From Promethearchaeota archaeon (GTDB lineage Archaea; Asgardarchaeota; Lokiarchaeia; Sigyniarchaeales; SOKP01): a stretch of DNA of 64,000 bases. Location: assembly GCA_016926735.1 (NCBI GenBank), contig JAFGOA010000223.1, positions 1-64,000 of the forward strand. Direction: 5' to 3'. Below the pieces are notes generated by a model. That model was not told the origin of the DNA, made no database searches, and was given only the letters and a program-made list of their open reading frames with translations. The position numbers were made by a program, and so were the translations under genes. Shown here piece by piece: positions 59,535 to 64,000 of the stretch. Each line of letters begins with the position of its first letter. Position 1 is the first letter of the stretch.

Positions 59535-61214
59535 TCAATAAAATCTATTTATTTTTCTTAATCCAAAAAATAATAGGAAAATAGTAGGGAATATAAGAAG
59601 AATCTGATGCAACAGAAAAATTAACTCAAGTAGATCAAGATTTATAGCAGAATTTGGCAAAAAATAAAGTATAATATTTAAAGAAATAAATAAGCAAATA
59701 AGTTGTAGTATTATAATATAGTATGTATTAATAAACACTATTTTTTTCTCGTATTTAAATAATGGATTATAGCATTGTAGTCCTACTCCCAAAAATAATA
59801 AAGTAATATTATTTGATAAAATAAGCAAAAAGAGAAATAAAATAAGCAAAATATCAAATAAGAATATTAACGAAATTAAACAGGTAATTAAAATATCTAC
59901 TATCAATATAATTAAGAATTGAGAATAAATATATGAAATTATAAGAGACTTCAAACCTCTTGGAGATTTTCGAAAATGAAAGATAAGTTCTTTTGAATCT
60001 AAAAATGAAGATGTACTATTAAAAATACTATAGAAAAATGAACCTGTCCATGTAATTAAGAAAATAACTAAAAATTTATATTGATCAAAATTAATAGTAA
60101 TTTCTATAGTTTCATTAAAAGGAGAATCTTCAAGAAATTGAATTAGATTTGGATAAGAAAAAAAGAATACGATTCCAGATAAAATTAATATTGCTACTGT
60201 AAAAAACAATTTCGCAATATTTTCTTTTTCTCGAAAGAATTCTTTTAATTGTGTTATTACTAAAATTTTCCATTTATTGAGAATTAACTTACTAAATATT
60301 TTAAAAATTTGATTATTATATGTAAGAAACTTTGATTTAGAGTTTTGATAAGTATTTTCTGAAATTATTGAACTATTGACACTTTTATAATATATAAATA
60401 AGGTAATAATTGGTAATAAAACAGATAAAATTATTGTTATCCATAATATTGTTTCAGATATAGTCAAGAAAGTAGGATCAATAACATAAGCAATTATATT
60501 TGAATACCAAAATGGAGGTAAGAAATTAAGATATATTTTATAATCTTGCGAAACTGAAAGAAAAAGCACAAGAAATTGAAGGCTGTATACTATTATTTTT
60601 ATCAAAAGAGTGAAAGTATAAATAAAATAGACTCGATTTCTCTGTAATTTATAAATTCTAAATGCATTATATTTAATGATATTCATTATTATCATTCCAA
60701 GAAGGAGGCTAAAAATAAGTAATAAAAACAAATTGAGATATATAAAAAAAAAATCGATTATTTGAATCTCTTTTATTAAACCTAAAATAGATATGAAAAA
60801 AGGACCAACAATTAACACAATCATTAAATAAAAGGGAATTCTCCATAAGAAATCTGCCATAACTACATCTCTAATCTTTATTGGTGATGATAAATAGATT
60901 TCTCTCATATCTATTTCTGCTTTTCTATTAAAATCGTAAATTGGAACTAAAAAATTAACTAAAAAAATTATAAAAAAGAAACTCCCTAAAATATTAAGGA
61001 AATAATCTCTTATATACTCAGAACCGAATACCTTAAAAATTGAAGGAATAATTGAATTCAAGACAATAGGTCCAAAATATATCCCCCAAAATATAAGAAA
61101 GCCTATAATAAAAATTAAGAATCTTTTTCTATTTTTTTGAAATCGAAATGTAAAAATACGAAATTCTTTTTTTGCTATTGTTAGCCAAATTCTTATATTT
61201 TTTTTTTCAAGCAT
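59535..61214 (-). CDS. ABC exporter permease-like membrane protein
   Basis: IAKKEFR, YLSSPIK, KEFFRE, KSPRG motifs; divergent from an ABC ATPase. Confidence 0.72.
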   Translation of the reverse strand: MLEKKNIRIWLTIAKKEFRIFTFRFQKNRKRFLIFIIGFLIFWGIYFGPIVLNSIIPSIFKVFGSEYIRDYFLNILGSFFFIIFLVNFLVPIYDFNRKAEIDMREIYLSSPIKIRDVVMADFLWRIPFYLMIVLIVGPFFISILGLIKEIQIIDFFFIYLNLFLLLIFSLLLGMIIMNIIKYNAFRIYKLQRNRVYFIYTFTLLIKIIVYSLQFLVLFLSVSQDYKIYLNFLPPFWYSNIIAYVIDPTFLTISETILWITIILSVLLPIITLFIYYKSVNSSIISENTYQNSKSKFLTYNNQIFKIFSKLILNKWKILVITQLKEFFREKENIAKLFFTVAILILSGIVFFFSYPNLIQFLEDSPFNETIEITINFDQYKFLVIFLITWTGSFFYSIFNSTSSFLDSKELIFHFRKSPRGLKSLIISYIYSQFLIILIVDILITCLISLIFLFDILLILFLFLLILSNNITLLFLGVGLQCYNPLFKYEKKIVFINTYYIIILQLICLFISLNIILYFLPNSAINLDLLELIFLLHQILLIFPTIFLLFFGLRKINRFY

Positions 61215-61437
61215 CTGAAGCAGGCTAAATTAGAATATGTATCATTTCCCAATTTATTTAATAATATAGTATACAAAATACCTTTGGAGTTTTAAATTTA
61301 TTTAGAAGATTTTTAAATATATTTTAAGAGAGATAAATTATTAAAATTTTAGCTATTCTATATTCTATTAACCTAATTTCATTTAAAATTTAATTATTTT
61401 ATTAATATATATATTTATATCAGTTAAAAAAGAGATC

Positions 61438-62205
61438 ATGGAAAATAATTTTGCAATTAACACAGAAAATTTATCTAAATCTTATAATAACAAAATAGCT
61501 GTTTCTAATCTAAGTCTAAAAGTTAATTATGGTAAGATTTATGGGTTATTAGGCCCAAATGGAGCTGGAAAGACAACAACTATCCAAATTTTAAATTGTA
61601 TAATAAAACCTGATTCAGGTAAAGCTCAAATTCATGGATTTGATATTATGAGCCAAAGTGATAATGTGAAAAAAAATACAGGATATCTACCAGAAACCCC
61701 TGCTTTATATGAAAAATTAACTCCAGAAGAATATCTTGAATTTATAGGAGAATTATATTTTATTCCAAAAATTGTATTAAAAAAGCGTATAATTGATTTA
61801 TTGGAACTTTTTGATTTAGACAATAGAAAAGATGATTTAATCGGGAATTATTCAAAAGGAATGAAACAAAAAGTTAACATATGTGCTGCATTAATTCCAG
61901 ATCCTCCAATTATTTTTTTAGATGAACCAACCTCGAATTTAGATCCTGCTTCGGCAAAGATTATTAAAGATTTGTTTAAATCATTGATTTTAAATGCTCA
62001 AAAAACCATTTTTCTCTGTACTCACCTTCTTGATGTTGCTAAAGAACTATGTGATAGAATTGGTATTATTAATAACGGTTGTTTATTAATTGAAGGAACT
62101 CCTAAAGAAATTGTAGATTCTGGAAATTATCTAAATTTAGAAGATGCTTATCTGAATATTTTAGATATTTCTCATAATAAAGATCTATTAAAATGGAGAA
62201 GTTAA
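61438..62205 (+). CDS. ABC transporter ATP-binding protein (ABC-2 type)
   Basis: GPNGAGKTT, YSKGMKQK, FLDEPT, CTH. Confidence 0.93.
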   Translation: MENNFAINTENLSKSYNNKIAVSNLSLKVNYGKIYGLLGPNGAGKTTTIQILNCIIKPDSGKAQIHGFDIMSQSDNVKKNTGYLPETPALYEKLTPEEYLEFIGELYFIPKIVLKKRIIDLLELFDLDNRKDDLIGNYSKGMKQKVNICAALIPDPPIIFLDEPTSNLDPASAKIIKDLFKSLILNAQKTIFLCTHLLDVAKELCDRIGIINNGCLLIEGTPKEIVDSGNYLNLEDAYLNILDISHNKDLLKWRS

Positions 62206-62394
62206 AAAAGATATTATATAAAAATAACAACCTATTGGGAGTATACATTTTATTTTCGAAAGCTATTTAAATATATTTTTTATGAAATAACATTATGATT
62301 TAAAAAAATATAATATTTAAAATAAGTCTAAAGATACTTAGCATAAGCCTAATTAAAGTTTAACTTTTAAATATATTGAATAATTTATAAAAGT

Positions 62395-64000
62395 ATGAGT
62401 AAAAATAAATACGAATTTAAAGCAGAAATTAAAAAACTATTAGATATCTTGAGTAAATCCCTTTATCAACATAAAGAAGTTTTCCTCAGAGAATTGATTA
62501 GTAATTCTGTAGATGCACTTAAAAAAATTCATTTTTTATCATTAACAGATAAAAATATAGAAGATATTGAAGATAATCTTAAAATTGAAATTATCATTGA
62601 TTCTGATTCTAAAACAATTACTGTTAAAGATACAGGAATTGGAATGAATAAAGAGGAGCTTATTAATAATTTAGGAACTATTGCTGGAAGTGGTTCTCAA
62701 AAGTTTCTAGAACAACTTAATAATACCCAAAAAATAGATAATAAAAATGTGGATTTAGATGTTATAGGTCAATTTGGTGTTGGGTTTTATTCGATTTTCA
62801 TGGTTGCTGATAAAGTTAAAGTAATTTCGAAATCATATATTAAAGAAGAGAACGCTTATGAATGGGAATCAGATGGAACTGGAGAATTTATTGTAAATAA
62901 TAATGATAAATCTACAAGAGGAACAGATGTAATATTATTTCTTAAAGAAGATGAGAAAGAATACCTTGATAAATTTAGGATTGAATCAATAATAAAAAAA
63001 TATTCTAATTATGTCTCTTTTCCAATTTACGTTTCTGAAATAAAAAAAGAAGCAGAAGAGGAAAAAGAGAAAAAAGTTGAGGAAGTGGAAGATAAAAAAA
63101 AACCTGAACCTATTAATGAATTAACTCCTTTATGGAAAAAAAATTCAAAAGATATTACTGAAGAGGAATATAAAAGCTTTTACCATTTTATTTCCAATAG
63201 ATATGATAATTATTCACATGTTATTAATTATAGTATAGATGGCACTGTTCAATTTCGTTCTATACTTTTCATACCTGAATCTGATATCAATCAATTTATA
63301 AGACCTGATGATGAATATGGCTTAACTCTTTATTCTAAAAATGTAATGATTATGAAAAATTGCAGTGATTTAATTCCAAAATGGATGAGATTTATAAAAG
63401 GAGTTGTTGATTCAAATGATATTCCATTAAATATCAGTAGAGATACCATTCAAACTAATCGGGTAATGATGAAGATAGAAAAATTACTAATTAAAAAAAT
63501 ATTAAGAGAACTTGATAATATCGCTGAAAATGAACCAGAGAAATATAAGAAATTATGGGAAAGTTTTTCTCCATATATAAAAGAGGGTATTCTTTCTGAC
63601 GCTTTTAGAACAGATAAACTTCTTACTTATCTTCGCTTTAATAGCTCAAAATCAAAAGAGGGCGAATATAGAAGTATTGAAGATTATATAAAAGATATGC
63701 CTGAAACTCAAAAAGAACTATATTATTTAATTGGCGAAAATCTAAATACTTTGAAGTTATCACCTCATTTAGGATATTATAATGAAAATAATATGGAAGT
63801 TATATTATTAGATGAACCTATTGATAATTTCTTAATGATGAATGTACGTGAATATAAAAAAACAATACTGGAAGGTGAAAATGAAGAAATTAAATCATAC
63901 ACCTTTACTCCCATAGATGTAACAGAACCTACTAAGGAAGATAAAGAAGCATCAGAGGATGAGGGTAAAAAAGATAAAACTGAAGAACTTATTCCTGAGA
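62395..64000 (+). CDS. htpG: Hsp90 chaperone HtpG (runs off the window end; missing from the ORF track)
   Basis: MSKNKYEFKAEIKKLLDILSKSLYQHKEVFLRELISNSVDAL, DTGIGM, NLGTIAGSG, IGQFGVGFYS.FMVA, PLNISRD. Confidence 0.95.
   Translation, partial: MSKNKYEFKAEIKKLLDILSKSLYQHKEVFLRELISNSVDALKKIHFLSLTDKNIEDIEDNLKIEIIIDSDSKTITVKDTGIGMNKEELINNLGTIAGSGSQKFLEQLNNTQKIDNKNVDLDVIGQFGVGFYSIFMVADKVKVISKSYIKEENAYEWESDGTGEFIVNNNDKSTRGTDVILFLKEDEKEYLDKFRIESIIKKYSNYVSFPIYVSEIKKEAEEEKEKKVEEVEDKKKPEPINELTPLWKKNSKDITEEEYKSFYHFISNRYDNYSHVINYSIDGTVQFRSILFIPESDINQFIRPDDEYGLTLYSKNVMIMKNCSDLIPKWMRFIKGVVDSNDIPLNISRDTIQTNRVMMKIEKLLIKKILRELDNIAENEPEKYKKLWESFSPYIKEGILSDAFRTDKLLTYLRFNSSKSKEGEYRSIEDYIKDMPETQKELYYLIGENLNTLKLSPHLGYYNENNMEVILLDEPIDNFLMMNVREYKKTILEGENEEIKSYTFTPIDVTEPTKEDKEASEDEGKKDKTEELIPE

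Noticed and set aside
1097-61823. Many short ORFs overlapping long genes (e.g. 3558..3881, 5560..5781, 13624..14010, 50662..51357, 55886..56194)
   Set aside because: Antisense or alternate-frame shadows of well-supported genes, with no recognisable motifs.
62338-62352. TTAGCATAAGCCTAA upstream of htpG as a DtxR box or CIRCE
   Set aside because: The spacing differs from the 14-bp feo boxes and it does not match the CIRCE 9-9-9 layout.
1-64000. CRISPR array, rRNA genes, or splicing endonuclease/ligase genes
   Set aside because: No regularly spaced repeats, no rRNA-like segment and no endA or rtcB seen; the splicing machinery must be encoded elsewhere.

Overview
Very AT-rich archaeal DNA whose gene content points to a Lokiarchaeia-type Asgard archaeon (inference from tandem TPR proteins with a longin-like C-terminus, Ftr, methanogenesis marker 9, a tRNA with introns and AOR). 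The window holds a PAS histidine kinase with two response regulators, six ~730-aa TPR paralogues, a complete trp operon with a candidate Trp-containing leader peptide, an IS607-derived tnpB element, ABC/DMT transporters, feoAAB with DtxR-type boxes, a DUF134/NifX/MinD-ferredoxin/Mrp cluster with a repeated palindrome, and a partial htpG. Main finding: two protein-coding genes are split by three tiny (29-32 nt) hairpin introns with bulge-helix-bulge (BHB) junctions, one in a YbhB/PEBP gene and two in an LsrF-type aldolase. Cutting at the standard BHB positions restores both the reading frame and the conserved motifs, and two similar introns sit in tRNA-His. The second aldolase intron is linked to a free-standing LAGLIDADG gene followed by a displaced, diverged copy of the last exon that starts exactly at the splice junction. 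This suggests a homing cassette of mini-intron + replacement exon + endonuclease. All family calls come from motif recognition by eye; no searches or folding programs were run.
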